64,000 nucleotides of DNA from Oopsacas minuta. Lineage: Eukaryota > Animalia > Porifera. Numbering within the stretch: the first letter of the stretch is position 1; each line of letters begins with the position of its first letter. A program made the position numbers and the translations under genes. Positions 12,715 to 24,268 of the stretch are shown here, in pieces. The stretch is taken from NCBI GenBank assembly GCA_024704765.1, contig JAKMXF010000111.1:1862058-1926057 (forward strand), read 5' to 3'. The notes beneath the pieces were generated by a model. The model ran no database searches. It saw nothing but the letters and a program-made list of their open reading frames with translations, and was not told where the DNA came from.

Positions 12715-13080
12715 AATTTCCTTCACAGCAGTTCTAATTTTTTGAGAATAGCAACGAAACTCAACCATCTCTAAGTTATCTACTGCTACCTTTGAATTTT
12801 CTAATCCTACCAACTGGTCATCGAAAACTTTTCTCACAGGTCCTAACAAATTGCTCTTCATGATTGTTTGTGCATTAGCTTTTGCAATTTTCAGTTCATT
12901 GATGGCTTGCTCCAATGCTAGATTTGTATCATACCCCTCTTTCATTTTAGCTAGTCTAGTCAGTAGACTATCCCTGTGTTCCGTCAGAAATGCGAAAAGT
13001 TCATCAAACTTTCGGATAATTTCCATTTTGAGGCCTTCAAGTTTTTGTTCGGAATTAAACTCATGTATTACTTCAGCCAT
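11884..13080 (-). CDS. Intronless coiled-coil + NHL-repeat beta-propeller protein, subfamily 1, copy A (TRIM-NHL-like, no RING or B-box)
   Basis: 398-aa ORF with a helical N-terminus followed by six NHL-type repeats (NPRGIAVD...YICD..NSRIQV). No signal peptide. Confidence 0.9.
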   Translation of the reverse strand: MAEVIHEFNSEQKLEGLKMEIIRKFDELFAFLTEHRDSLLTRLAKMKEGYDTNLALEQAINELKIAKANAQTIMKSNLLGPVRKVFDDQLVGLENSKVAVDNLEMVEFRCYSQKIRTAVKEIDLFEIIPEYVRRENPILKVCKRGTGNGELINPRGIAVDRASNELYICDKSNSRIQVLNTEGKYLRSFGTDHLKEPYSICLSKEEVFVTDQAKESLVKFSLGGQFLKETGSRGYTAGRFKTISGLCHEAGLIYVCDCNIQRIQIFDSNLNFIKQFGYGELKLPKDITVFSDRIYILSQNRNSIYCYNRDCILQNNLLLTGQDQQITLAVFFTIDKKGNFLITDITANEIRIFSPQGVMKHILGIGHLSYLCGIVLDNSNNIICVNYGIESKGCFQKY

Positions 13081-13596
13081 AACTATAACAATATACAGAA
13101 ATTGAATGTAATGCTAGTGTAATATACAGGATGTTACTTTGTTGAAGTTGCTTGCAGCAAAGTTACAACCTGTATCCTGTAACAATGTTATATGATATAC
13201 GTTTGTTGCCTACAGCTTTTAGAGTGGCATTATTCTATCCTACTAATAGTAGCCTTTGTAAACTATGCTAATTAGATTATTCTAATATTGATTGAGGGAA
13301 ACATTTATGGAGAATATACGTGAGAGAAGAGCACAAAAACTGTATCCAAAGTTAGAACCTGTGCCGACGCCAAGTATTCATAATATTAAGATAACACAAA
13401 GGACAAAAAGATGAGTAGTATTCCCAATGCAAATAGTAGACCGCTAAAGCTATTTTGATATGGTAAACACCATCACATCCGGACCAGACCATTCTGACCC
13501 GATTAAGCGGAATAAAGGTGTTGGGCAGATTAATAAGATGATAATCTCATAACCTGAGTAATTTATCACTATTTGTATGGCTCTGTAAGTGAACAG

Positions 13597-16076
13597 TAGG
13601 GTTTTTAATCCCGGGTTTCCCGATCCCGGGATCCCGGGATCCCGAAGGTTATTGTTTCGGGACTAATTCCCGGGATTGTTTCTTCAATCCCGGGATATCT
13701 TCTTGATTGCATATTGACATGCTCTATGATCATTATGTACATTTGTGTAATTGCGTTGAAATGATTTAGGGATTCAATTGGTTTCGTATTGTTAATACTG
13801 AATGAAATATGTTTTCAATATGAATAAGACACCAAAATTAATAAATGCTTAACAAGTCAGAGAATTCAAGCAAACTTGTAAGGTACCACTCAACCATTCT
13901 AACTATTCAAATTTCAAATATAAGGTGAATCGTCAGAAAAGCCCCAATTTCATTCTAAATCGTAATTGTTGCATTATCGTTATATCGTACCTTGAATGGC
14001 TGGAAAAGTTATGTTTCAAGAGTTTGCAGGATCTAAAATTTGGAACCATTTTAAGCGCTCGGTATGTGGGAAATTAGCTGAGTGTAATTCCTGTAAAAAG
14101 GTACTTAAATGCGAAGGGGGATCAACAAAGGGGCTACACAATCATCTTAAATCACAGCACCAAATTGATTTATTGAAACGCTCAAATAATGAAGAAAGTG
14201 CTATCTCACATAAATGTGCGGTTAGGAAATTAGATTATTACATGAACGACGCTAGCCTACCAGCTGTGTTAGCCAGGATGACAGCTTGCGATGGGCTTTC
14301 ATTTAATATATTTACTACATCAATGGACTTGAGAAAATCTCTTGCTGCACTAGGACATTCACTACCAAGATCGGTTGTCGGAATAAGAGATCAAGTGCTA
14401 AAATATGGTCAGCAATTACGCCAAGATATTACCAGAAATCTAAGCATTATTAAATCAAAAGGTCAATATTTCAGTCTTACCCTTGATGAATGGACATCCT
14501 TGCAAAACAAAAGATATCTCAATATTAATATACATGGCATTGGGTTCTTTTGGAACATAGGATTGGTAAGGATTAAGGGAAGATTTTCTTCAGAGGCTTG
14601 TTCCAAGATAATCTCACTTAAACTAAAAGAATTTGGAATAGAATTCGAAACAGATGTGATTTCTATCACAACAGACGGGTGTTCAATGATGAAGAAGTTG
14701 GGAAAAATAATACCCACAAATCAGCAGTTATGCTACGCACTGGACTCCAGCTTGTAATACAAGACGTTATCTATCAAAAACAACTTAGTGAAACTGAAGA
14801 AATTTATTCTAGTACAAGTGAAACCGATGAAGATGAAGATGAAGATATGGAAATGTTTGATGATTTTAATGATGATGGATTCATTGTTTCGGAATCGATG
14901 GACCCTCAGAATGCTCTTGCACTAAATTTTGACATCTCCAAAATAGTAACCAAAGTACGTAGAATTGTGAAAATATTCAAGCGATCACCTTTGAAGAATG
15001 AAACATTGCAAACGTATGTGAAAGAGATTTATCCAAATGGGCTGAATGTGGTTCTTGATTGTAAGACTCGATGGAGCTCACTTGTGAATATGCTCGAGAG
15101 GATAATTCAGATCAAATTACCAATACATAAAGCTCTGTTAGATTTTGGTGAACATATATGCCTCAGCGACCAAGAAATTGCGGCTATCTCTTCTATAGTT
15201 GAAGCTTTGAATCCAATTAAGATTGCTTTAGAAGCTCTATGTAGAAGAGATACAAATTTAATTACAGCAGAAGCAACTATAAAATTTCTATTGGAAGATA
15301 TTCAGAAATCTAACACACATTATCATGCACAAATCCTGGAGGCGCTAAGCCAGCGGATGGTTCAAGAGAGGTACACTGAAGTTTCAGCGATACTTCAATA
15401 CCTACATAATCCTTCGGCACGACTTGTAAAAAAGACTGTAGTAAACACATTTTGTGCTGATTTGTTATCAAGAACTCGAAGGAAAGGAATTGAAGATGAG
15501 GAACATGTGAATGAAGAAGTATCAATGGTACCTTACTCACCTAATACGGCTGAAAGCATATCTGACTTAGATGATATCTCCCTCGCAAAAAGATTACAAT
15601 TAGCGATAGACGCATCGATGAAAAAGCCAGAAGATATACAAGTTCAACATTCATTATTCAATATATTGAAATATGAACTTACTATTGGAGAACAGACAGG
15701 AAAACGAGGATATCATTTGGAAAAGGTATATCAAATGCTACTAACAATACCTGCAACCTCAGTTGAAGCGGAACGAGCATTTTCTTGTTCGGCATATTTA
15801 TGTAACAAATTTAGAACAAGACTCAGTGATAGCACTTTGGATACGCTAGCATTCATAAGGGCCAACAAGAAAAAAAATTGATGATAGACTAAATAAACTT
15901 ATTACTCATTCATATTCATCTTGTACCCCCTATGTACCCCTATATTATACTTTCATTCTACCAGACTATCATATAATTAAACAAATTTAAAAATTGCTAG
16001 AGAGATAATTATCATCATTTATCAAGGGATTCCCGGAAATTCCCGGGATCCCGGAATCCCGGGATTAAAAACCCTA
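13597..16076 (+). mobile_element. Full-length hAT (Ac/ZBED-type) DNA transposon, 2480 bp
   Basis: TIRs tagggtttttaatcccggg / cccgggattaaaaacccta, subterminal cccggga repeats and a perfect 8-bp TSD GTGAACAG (13589-13596 and 16077-16084). Confidence 0.97.
13996..15881 (+). pseudogene. BED-finger hAT transposase interrupted by one frameshift at about 14740
   Basis: IWNHF...CNSC...GSTKGLHNHLKSQH (BED finger), LTLDEWTS, ITTDG, CKTRWSS and PATSVEAERAFS. Restoring one base gives the expected CYAHGLQLVIQDV. Confidence 0.9.
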
Positions 16077-17191
16077 GTGAACAGATTAACTGGTGGCTCT
16101 ATTAAGCCGAGTCTACTGTAATAGAATTGAAGATCATTTACCGAATACAAATTGGAAAGTAAATAAATCAATAACAAACACACAATAATCAAATTATCTT
16201 ATTAAATGATACTTACCAAATAGGATAAATAACACAATAACTTGTAGGTGTTTGTTGTTATTGTTTTGAATGCGAGTTGTGTATTTCTCGCGTTATAATC
16301 AAATGATGAATTTATCCTACAAATTCAATCAACTCCTAGCTATATTGGTCTCATTTAATAAATATTATGGGTTTATTTCAATACTTTGCTATCCTATTAC
16401 TGATAAATTACTAAATTTAGATGTAAATATCCATTCATATATCTATCTGCTCATAAACTTAATTATAATTATTCTATAACTCTATAGTATCGTTATACAT
16501 TCACTTCTCTACCTAACTAACTAGTATGTGTGGATATTCTCCTGATTTTTAGAATATTTCCTTGTGTTATGCTTCCGCGAAACTTATCCAAAGTGAATTT
16601 CACCGGTTTTGAAATGCAGGGTCAGCAGTGCAAATATTATCGGCTACATCCCACCAAAAAGTACAATATGTTCATTCCAAGATTTTGAAATATAATTATC
16701 TATACTTACCAACCTGAGTGAATAACAAAGGGGATAGAATACATATTGAGCTGGACATAGCGGGACGTAGCATAATTTCATTAGGCTAAACTGCATTAAT
16801 CGGTAAATTCAAGGTGTTTGACCAGTTTCGCAGGAGATTAGCCTCAACGAATTTCCAAAAGGCGAGACTTCCCGCTCAAATCGGGACAGTTAGCATGTAT
16901 GCAAATATAAAACAGTTATAAATTTTAAACATACTTAAAACAAATGTGTGTATACGTGGCCTCCAACGCGTAACTTCAAAAGCTATTTATGATATTGCAT
17001 AAGTATTGCACATTAGAATCACAGAAATATTAAACTAACAAAATAATATTTGAATTAACTTCGTTTGCAGAATTGTGTATTTTCCGTTAATTTATCAACT
17101 ATTATAAATCAGTAATATCATAGTGATTGAGTATGCTTTGAGGATGTTCTATATTACTAACTAGCTGAGACATTCATATTCATTGATAGCA

Positions 17192-17377
17192 ATGGAGGAC
17201 AAAGAAATAAAATGTGGTGGTTGTCCAGAACCATGCACGAGCCAATGTGGCGATTTCACCGAATTCTTCTGCGCTTGCCCCCTACAAGTAGAGTTATTTA
17301 CTCAATTTGGGCGAATCTACAGGTATACTTGTCAGGCTGGAAAATTCTCGGGGGGTCCTTGCTCGCTGCCTCTTTGA
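17192..17377 (+). CDS. Possible small cysteine-rich protein (61 aa, 8 Cys)
   Basis: MEDKEIKCGGCPEPCTSQCGDFTEFFCACPLQ...YTCQAGKFSGGPCSLPL. It forms a GC-richer island in AT-rich DNA; no family recognised. Confidence 0.35.
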   Translation: MEDKEIKCGGCPEPCTSQCGDFTEFFCACPLQVELFTQFGRIYRYTCQAGKFSGGPCSLPL

Positions 17378-17733
17378 ATTTAAGAGCCATTCCCCCAATA
17401 GCTTATCGCCTCTATACAAGGTATCTATTGATCAATTTGGAATATTCTTCCTATACAATTAGTTCAAGAATTGATTATCCATTTTGGAGAAAAGTAAGTA
17501 TTAACCGAATTCAACTGTAAAATAATTCAGTTAATATATACTCCAGATAGGTAACAGAACCCTCTGTCTGTCTCTCTGCCTCCCTTAGAGGAATTATTCA
17601 TTCTACACTATATTTTGCCCTCTATAAACGTTCAGATAGTCAGGTAAGTCAATTAGAACTCTACTTATGATTCATTTTAATGATATTATTTGATAAATTT
17701 GCCAATATTTGCAAGTTTAAGCATGGAATAGAT

Positions 17734-18582
17734 CAGTGGTCCTCAAACTTTTTCTCATTGCGTACCCCTCAAGCTGGATCTTGTGTGTGATGTACCCCTT
17801 AAAATGGCCTGCATTATAAATATTAGGTTTACAATCCCTTTTACCCAGTTGTGAAAAATAAAAGTGTTTTTTATTATAGCAATATAAATAAAGTAGATAA
17901 TTAATTAGTGAGAAGGATGTGCTTGCATGTTGTGTATCAGGCTATCAATTCGTGGCACAGTTTTTGAAAGGGCCAGACGAAGATCAGCTTCCACAGACAA
18001 CCGCGCTCGAAATTTGTTTGTAATTATTAATAGCGCTGAAAATCCTTGTTCACAAAGCGTTTTAGAAAACTTGGTTTCATCGAGCCCTCAGATAGCACCT
18101 TATAACATATTACACATTGTGGTAGTTCCCGTCCCTCTTTAAGTATGGATGTAAATCCATATTTAATATAGTCTTCATTATACTTCCGTTTCTTAACAGA
18201 TTCCATATGAATTTGGTGATAAAGTCAAGGTCTCAAAGAAATACTCTTCTAATTTCCATTTTATAAGAACAATACGATACACGGGTGGGTGTGATATTCA
18301 AATCAATATGAGTTGACACATATGTACGGACAATGGAATCCTTAATTAGCATAACCTCAAACAATAAATATTCAAGGGTGATAATAATTAGTGATGAAAC
18401 CATTGTAACTGATACATATTAATTATTTGGCATGAAATTACTATCTATGTGCTGAGTCTGTTGACATGATAGTGTGTAACTCGAAATATTTGTATATGAT
18501 TATTACAGAATTGATATGATTAGGTGAAACACCGGCGTACCCCTAGGAAAAGTGCTGGCGTACCCCAGTTTGAGAACCACTG
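17734..18582 (-). mobile_element. Internally deleted non-autonomous hAT (Buster/ZBED8-like), 849 bp
   Basis: TIRs cagtggtcctcaaac / gtttgagaaccactg and a perfect TSD GAATAGAT. The minus strand keeps the transposase start (LPQCVICYKVLSEGSMKPS) next to its end (CEQGFS...RLSVEADLRLALS...QAHPSH*). Confidence 0.93.
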
Positions 18583-19716
18583 GAATAGATTAACTTTTGC
18601 AAGGATAATCTAAACAGAGTGGCGAACAGGGCTACAGTAATCAGAGGTGTTGGTATACCCCATGTACCATATAGCATACCCCAACCTAACAACTCAATCT
18701 ACCCACTATACCGTAATATATCCAAACAATAGAAAAGCTAATATTCACCACGTATACTAATATATGTATAATAACAATAACAATAACAATAATACCATAA
18801 TTGACAATGAATGCACTCAAAACACTTCATTACTCTCAAATATCAATAATTACAATTGAATAATTAAGAAAACCCACACAACATATAACATATACAGGCG
18901 TCCACGTGGTTACCTATTCTGTTATTCTATTCGTAAAGTGTTTGCAAATTGTCCCAATTTTAGACGGGAATCCATGTTCGGATAAGTGTTGAGGCTATTG
19001 CCCCGCCAAAATTCGCAAAGAACCTTAATTGTCCGATGGTTTGTAGTCCTGTCCAATGCAAATATGCTACATACCACGAGTTCCCGCTATTTTCTGAATA
19101 ACTATTCATAGGAGAAGTTTTACGTTAGAATTTTCTTTAAAAATGAATTAAGACAAAAATTAAACAAATAATGATTTGTAAAAATCTATAAATAGAATAT
19201 GTGAATATAGAATTAATCATAAATTAGTTTCAATTTCGTTTGATTTGGAATTATAATTATTTGGTATTATTCATGTATCAAATAATATCAAAGCTCAGTC
19301 AGGGGTAATAACCACGAATTCAGTATAAATATCAATTCTGTACAAATTTGAGTCTCAAGGTAGACACTTTGTGTTACTCATGATGATGAACTGACACTTC
19401 TAAGTGCGGGCCAATTGACAAACACTCAGATAAATCTCAGAGTCAAATACGTATGTAGTAATGTCAAAGCTTAGCCAGCACAGAACTGTTAGTATCAGCA
19501 TGCACCATGAGTAAGGGTACCAATAATTCGAAAATTGCATGTAAAATGGAAAAAACATGTGTAATATGTTATTAGTTAATGAAAAGAAGTATCAAAATTA
19601 TAAATATTTGTATAAACTATAAAATGAGAAAATAAGAAAATGAAAAATGAAAAATGAGTAATATACTAATTGGATAAAGCAAGATTATAGGAAATACACT
19701 CAAAGTAAGGAAAATG

Positions 19717-20916
19717 TTAATATTTCTGGAAACAGCCTTTACCTTCATTGCCGCTATTCACACATATAATATTATCTGAGTTATCGAATACAATACTGCA
19801 TAAGTAAGAGAGATGTCCTCTACCCAGAATATGCTTCATCACTCCTTGAGGTGAGAAGATACGGATATCGTCAAATGTATTGTCTGCAATTAAGAAGTTC
19901 CCCTTCTTATCAATCGTGAAGAAGATAGCAAATGTCATTTGCTGTTGCTGTCCAGTCAGCTGTATAATATTCTGGAGAGTATAGTCTCTGTTGTAGCAGT
20001 AGATGGAGTTTCTGTTTTGAGATAGGATGTAGATTCTGTCAGAGAATACTGTAATGTCTTGTGGAAGTTTGAGTTCTCCGGAGCCGAACTCTTTAATGAA
20101 GTTAAGATTAGAATCAAATATTTGAATTCTTTGCATACTACAATCACAGACATATATTAACCCAGCTTCATGACACAATCCTGAGATATTTTTAAATCGT
20201 CCTTTTGTATAGCCTCTTGAGCCTGTTTCCTTTAGGAATTTTCCTGCTAGGCTAAACTTCAAAATAGACTCTTTAGCTTTATCAGTAACGAATACTTCAT
20301 CTTTCGACAGACATATACCGAATGGCTCCTTCAAGTGGTCAGTCCCAAAAGAGCGTATATAATTTCCTTCGGTATTCAACACTTGAATACGACTGTTGTC
20401 TTGGTCACAAATATACAATTCATTACTCGCTCTATCTACTGCTATTCCTTTGGAATTATGAAACTCTCCATTTCCATTACCCCTCTTACAAACTTTAAGA
20501 ATAGGGTTTTCCCTCCTCACGTATTCAGGAATGATTTCAAACAAATCTATTTCATCAATTGTTTTACGAATTTTATCAGAGTAACAACGGAACTCAATAA
20601 ATTCCAAGTTATCCACCTTTACCTTTTCAGCCATTTTCATTTCGATGTTTTTATCTAGTGTTTGTTTCATTATGTCTAGTAATCCTCCTACCAAGTTGCT
20701 AGTCATTGTAGTTAGATTTTGATCTTTGCATATTCTTAACTGTTTTATTGCTTCCTCCAATTCTACATTCTTGTCGTGTCCTTCCTTCATTTTAGCGAGT
20801 CTAGACAGAAGACTATTTCTGTGATCTGACAGATATTGGTAAAGTTCATCAAAAGTTCTTATTATTTCCATCTTCAGAGCTTCTAGCTTTTGATCGACAT
20901 TGAAAACTGCAGCCAT
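19717..20916 (-). CDS. Intronless coiled-coil + NHL propeller protein, subfamily 1, copy B
   Basis: 399-aa ORF, paralogue of 11884-13080 and 46762-47961. Confidence 0.9.
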   Translation of the reverse strand: MAAVFNVDQKLEALKMEIIRTFDELYQYLSDHRNSLLSRLAKMKEGHDKNVELEEAIKQLRICKDQNLTTMTSNLVGGLLDIMKQTLDKNIEMKMAEKVKVDNLEFIEFRCYSDKIRKTIDEIDLFEIIPEYVRRENPILKVCKRGNGNGEFHNSKGIAVDRASNELYICDQDNSRIQVLNTEGNYIRSFGTDHLKEPFGICLSKDEVFVTDKAKESILKFSLAGKFLKETGSRGYTKGRFKNISGLCHEAGLIYVCDCSMQRIQIFDSNLNFIKEFGSGELKLPQDITVFSDRIYILSQNRNSIYCYNRDYTLQNIIQLTGQQQQMTFAIFFTIDKKGNFLIADNTFDDIRIFSPQGVMKHILGRGHLSYLCSIVFDNSDNIICVNSGNEGKGCFQKY

Positions 20917-21371
20917 TCTATTCTAGAAATTCAAAATATTTGTGTATATATTTCTTGGGAAAATTACAGAAAGGTCTAGCTCGCTGTCATTTCATTATTC
21001 GTACAATTTGTCTTCATTAAAACACGAATTAAACAACTTAGTTAATAACCAAAACGTATGAAAATTCTTAGCAAATGCACTTGGAAGTAGGATGATGTAA
21101 ACAGGCTTGTATCCAGGAGCGAAATTACAAAAAATTGTGTAGTTAAGAGCAAGAATATTTTGAGAGTTAGGCGCATGTCACACGCCAATTTTGGCCAATA
21201 ATGTAATAATGGTAACAATCATAAAAGTCAATTGAAATGTATTATTGTTTATAAGATTAATCAGTTGAATTCATTAATATTGTAAAATTATTCAAAAGGT
21301 AAACTGTGTATAATTAAAGGGAGGAAGCTTGATAAATGATATGTAGGTTGAGTCCTAATACTACTGGTATT

Positions 21372-21595
21372 GGAATACCGACAATTCGCACCACGACAAT
21401 TCGCACCACGACAATTCGCACCACGACAATTCGCACCACGACAATTCGCACCGCGACAATTCGCACCACGACAATTCGCACCACTAATATCATATCAAAT
21501 TGGCCAATCAAATTAGGTGCGAATTGTCGGTGGTGCGAATTGTCCGGTGCGAATTGTCGCGGTGCGAATTGTCGTGGTGCGAATTGTCGGTATCC
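21372..21595. mobile_element. MITE-like palindrome built of 15-bp subrepeats
   Basis: About 7 copies of cgacaattcgcacca, a short spacer, then about 5 inverted copies (tggtgcgaattgtcg). Ends are gga(a)taccgac / gtcggtatcc. Confidence 0.8.
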
Positions 21596-22100
21596 GACTG
21601 GGGTATTACACCTCTGGAATGTAGTATTAACCGTAGAATATGTAATGGATGTATGGTTTGATTAAAATTAAACTTTGATGTTTCCAAAATTCAAATAGTC
21701 TAGGCGCGTAAGTGAAATCGAGAACTCATTTAGACGCGCTACATATAAAACCTGGAAGAAACCCTGGATGAATATCCAAGTGACAAGCCTAAGATATACG
21801 ATGTTTGTAATTACGTATTGAATATCAAATTATCAAGTTTTAAGTAATTAAGTAATTAAATACAAAATTACAAAACAATCAAAGGTAACAAACTCACGAA
21901 AAATATGTTGTTGTTGATATCAACTTTTGCAATTTGTTGTTGTGTTGTTGATTGATAATATATCGTGTGAATTATCAAATCATCTACAGACTATATCTTA
22001 GCTATGTGGTTCTACAATAATACTTCACTATCATATTTCAATTCATTTACTGTGTTGATTACTATTACTTGTATTGTGGCTCAGTTCTAACAGAACTTTG

Positions 22101-22251
22101 TACACTCAATGCCGGTTATAAGAACATCGTCGGGAACTGGACATAATGTTCTTGTATCCGATCAAATTCAATGGAGTAAGATACAAAAGATTCGGTAAAT
22201 CGAGGTAAGGTTTGTATAACCGGTGTTCTTATATCCGGCATCTACTCTATA
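22101..22251. mobile_element. TA-flanked MITE (one of many TACAGT-type short elements in the window); second copy at about 45950-46105
   Basis: Imperfect TIRs tacactcaatgccggttataaga / tcttatatccggcatctactctata. Confidence 0.6.
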
Positions 22252-23104
22252 TGTGTAGATATTCAATTGGTAATCTTCTGGTGAAAGCGAACAGATTTTG
22301 ACAGTCCGTTGGTGCTCTAATTAATAAGGTTCCAGTTTATGTACATACTTCCAAACGATATGAAGAGAAATGTTGGATTGTTGTGGACATAACTTATAAA
22401 GAAGCAAGGCAATCCCGATAATTGCTATGTCCCCCCAACTTCCAACGGGTCTGTTACTAATCAAACTTATCAACAACGAAAGGACAACTAAGCATTCTAG
22501 ATAGAATTGGCACAAGTGGCACAACATGGCCAAGTGCCAGTCGCCACTTGTGGGTAGGGAAAAGTCTACCAAAGGCCTATTTCGCCCAGTGGCAGTATGG
22601 CAGGACTTGTCATGACCTCTAATTATGGAAATAGCTAGGAAGTTGATGTGGACAACTCAAAGGTTTCTAGTATAAGATTTATAGCGATTAAAGTAGACTT
22701 ACAGTGTGTATAAAATTGATGACCTTGAGTTGTGGGCCCCTAAATGTAGTGGCCCTATTCAGCTGCACAATCCGAACACTCCTAAATCCGGACTGACGAG
22801 AAAGCGTACTACTTAATTCAAACGCAACCACAATTGAAGAATGTAAATTAGCTTTACTACTATACTACAGAATAATCTTATTACAGCAAGTTCTTACTCT
22901 TCTTGCTCATAAACGAACTAAATGTTCCCTTATTAAGTGATTAGCAAGTCGTGTTTTATGAGGAAACTTGCTTATAGGCAAACCTCTTAATAAGTAACAT
23001 AATTAATGCAATTTGGGCCATTGTGTGCCGAAAAAAACTTGCTAATAAGCGAATCTTGCTAATAGACGAACTCCACTGTAATATTATGTAACAAAAGTTT
23101 CGTG

Positions 23105-23536
23105 TCATCTTAACATAAACATGTAAACACCGAAACACCTAAACAACTTTGGTACAACTGCACAAGCAATAATGTCTCTTGGATGTTTGGGTTCTCGGTG
23201 GTCGAACTGTTTAATGGAGTGAAGATTAGAATCAAAAATTTGAATTCTTTGCATATTACAATCACAGACATATATTAACCCAGCTTCATGACACAATCCT
23301 GAGATACCAGTAAATCGTCCTTCGGTATTGCCTCTAGAGCCTGTTCCCTTTAGGAATTGTCCGGCTAGACTAAACTTCACAAGAGACTCTGTAGCTCTAT
23401 CAGTAACAAATACTTCGTCTTTTGTCAGACATATACCCCATGGCTCCTTCAAGTGGTCAGTCCCAAAAGAACGTAAATACTTTCCTTCAGTATTCAACAC
23501 TTGAATGCGACTGTTGCTATCATCACAAATATACAT
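23105..23536 (-). pseudogene. Internally deleted NHL subfamily-1 fragment (copy D, about 3 blades)
   Basis: MYICDDSNSRIQVLNTEGKYLRSFGTDHLKEPWGICL...HPRDII, then unrelated sequence. 23545-23690 matches the region upstream of copy B (21035-21180). Confidence 0.85.
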
Positions 23537-24268
23537 TTCATCACCACAACTTAGTTAATAACCAGAACGTATGAAAATTCTTAGCATATACACTTGGAAG
23601 TAGGATGATGTAATCAGGCTTTTTACCCAGGCGCGTATTTGCAAAACATTTGTGTAGTTAGGTGCAAGAAATTTTTGAGAGTTAGGCATTTTGTGGCAAT
23701 TACAAATGAAATTCAACAACTGTCACTATGTTATTGAGGTTACAACAAGCTGACATTATCGACCCGGCCCGAGGTAATCCTGTAACATGATATAGAAATT
23801 TTCTAAATTGAATGAAAATGATGAACCAGATCAGGGTTTTTCTAGATGATTTGAGGGGGGCAAAATGCCCCCTGAGCTATGGTCATATTATGCACTTTAG
23901 CTCCAAACTATCCCTCTAATTCATGAAACATTGATTAGCCCCCCTGAAAAATTCTCCTAAAAAAGCCCCAGATCCTACGGTCAGAAATTGTGATTGGATC
24001 ATAATTTCAAAGTCAATTTAATATATAAAGGGAAAATTAAATTACGTATTTTGAAATTTAACGGGCCGTATATTCGGGACCCCAAATTATAGGCCCGAAG
24101 ATCAGAATCCCGAATCTGGACTGAGCTCTAACTGGCCTCGGGATCAAGCAGGACTTGTGACCTCTACAGTATTTTACAATTCATCCACCATTCACATAAA
24201 AAAATACAATGAACAAAATGATACTACAAGAAAATACAAAATGAGTTAACCAATAATTATACTTGTAA

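Larger units (their letters stand above)
19405..22880. repeat. Second inverted duplication arm (partner about 44557-48265): NHL copy B with its 3' and 5' flanks
   Basis: The CDS pairs without indels (19717 with 47961, 20916 with 46762). Upstream flanks align in blocks with indels and share a MITE junction (22796-22803 = rc of TTTCTCGT). Confidence 0.9.

Noticed and set aside
12123-13105. Short antisense ORFs recurring over each NHL and GPCR copy (e.g. MSVIV..., MNTTV..., MLHMII...)
   Set aside because: They are shadows of the real coding strand, and recur only because the genes are duplicated.
21314-21665. ORFs with IRTTT / RIVVV repeats, or a CRISPR-like array
   Set aside because: They are translations of the 15-bp subrepeats of a palindromic MITE.
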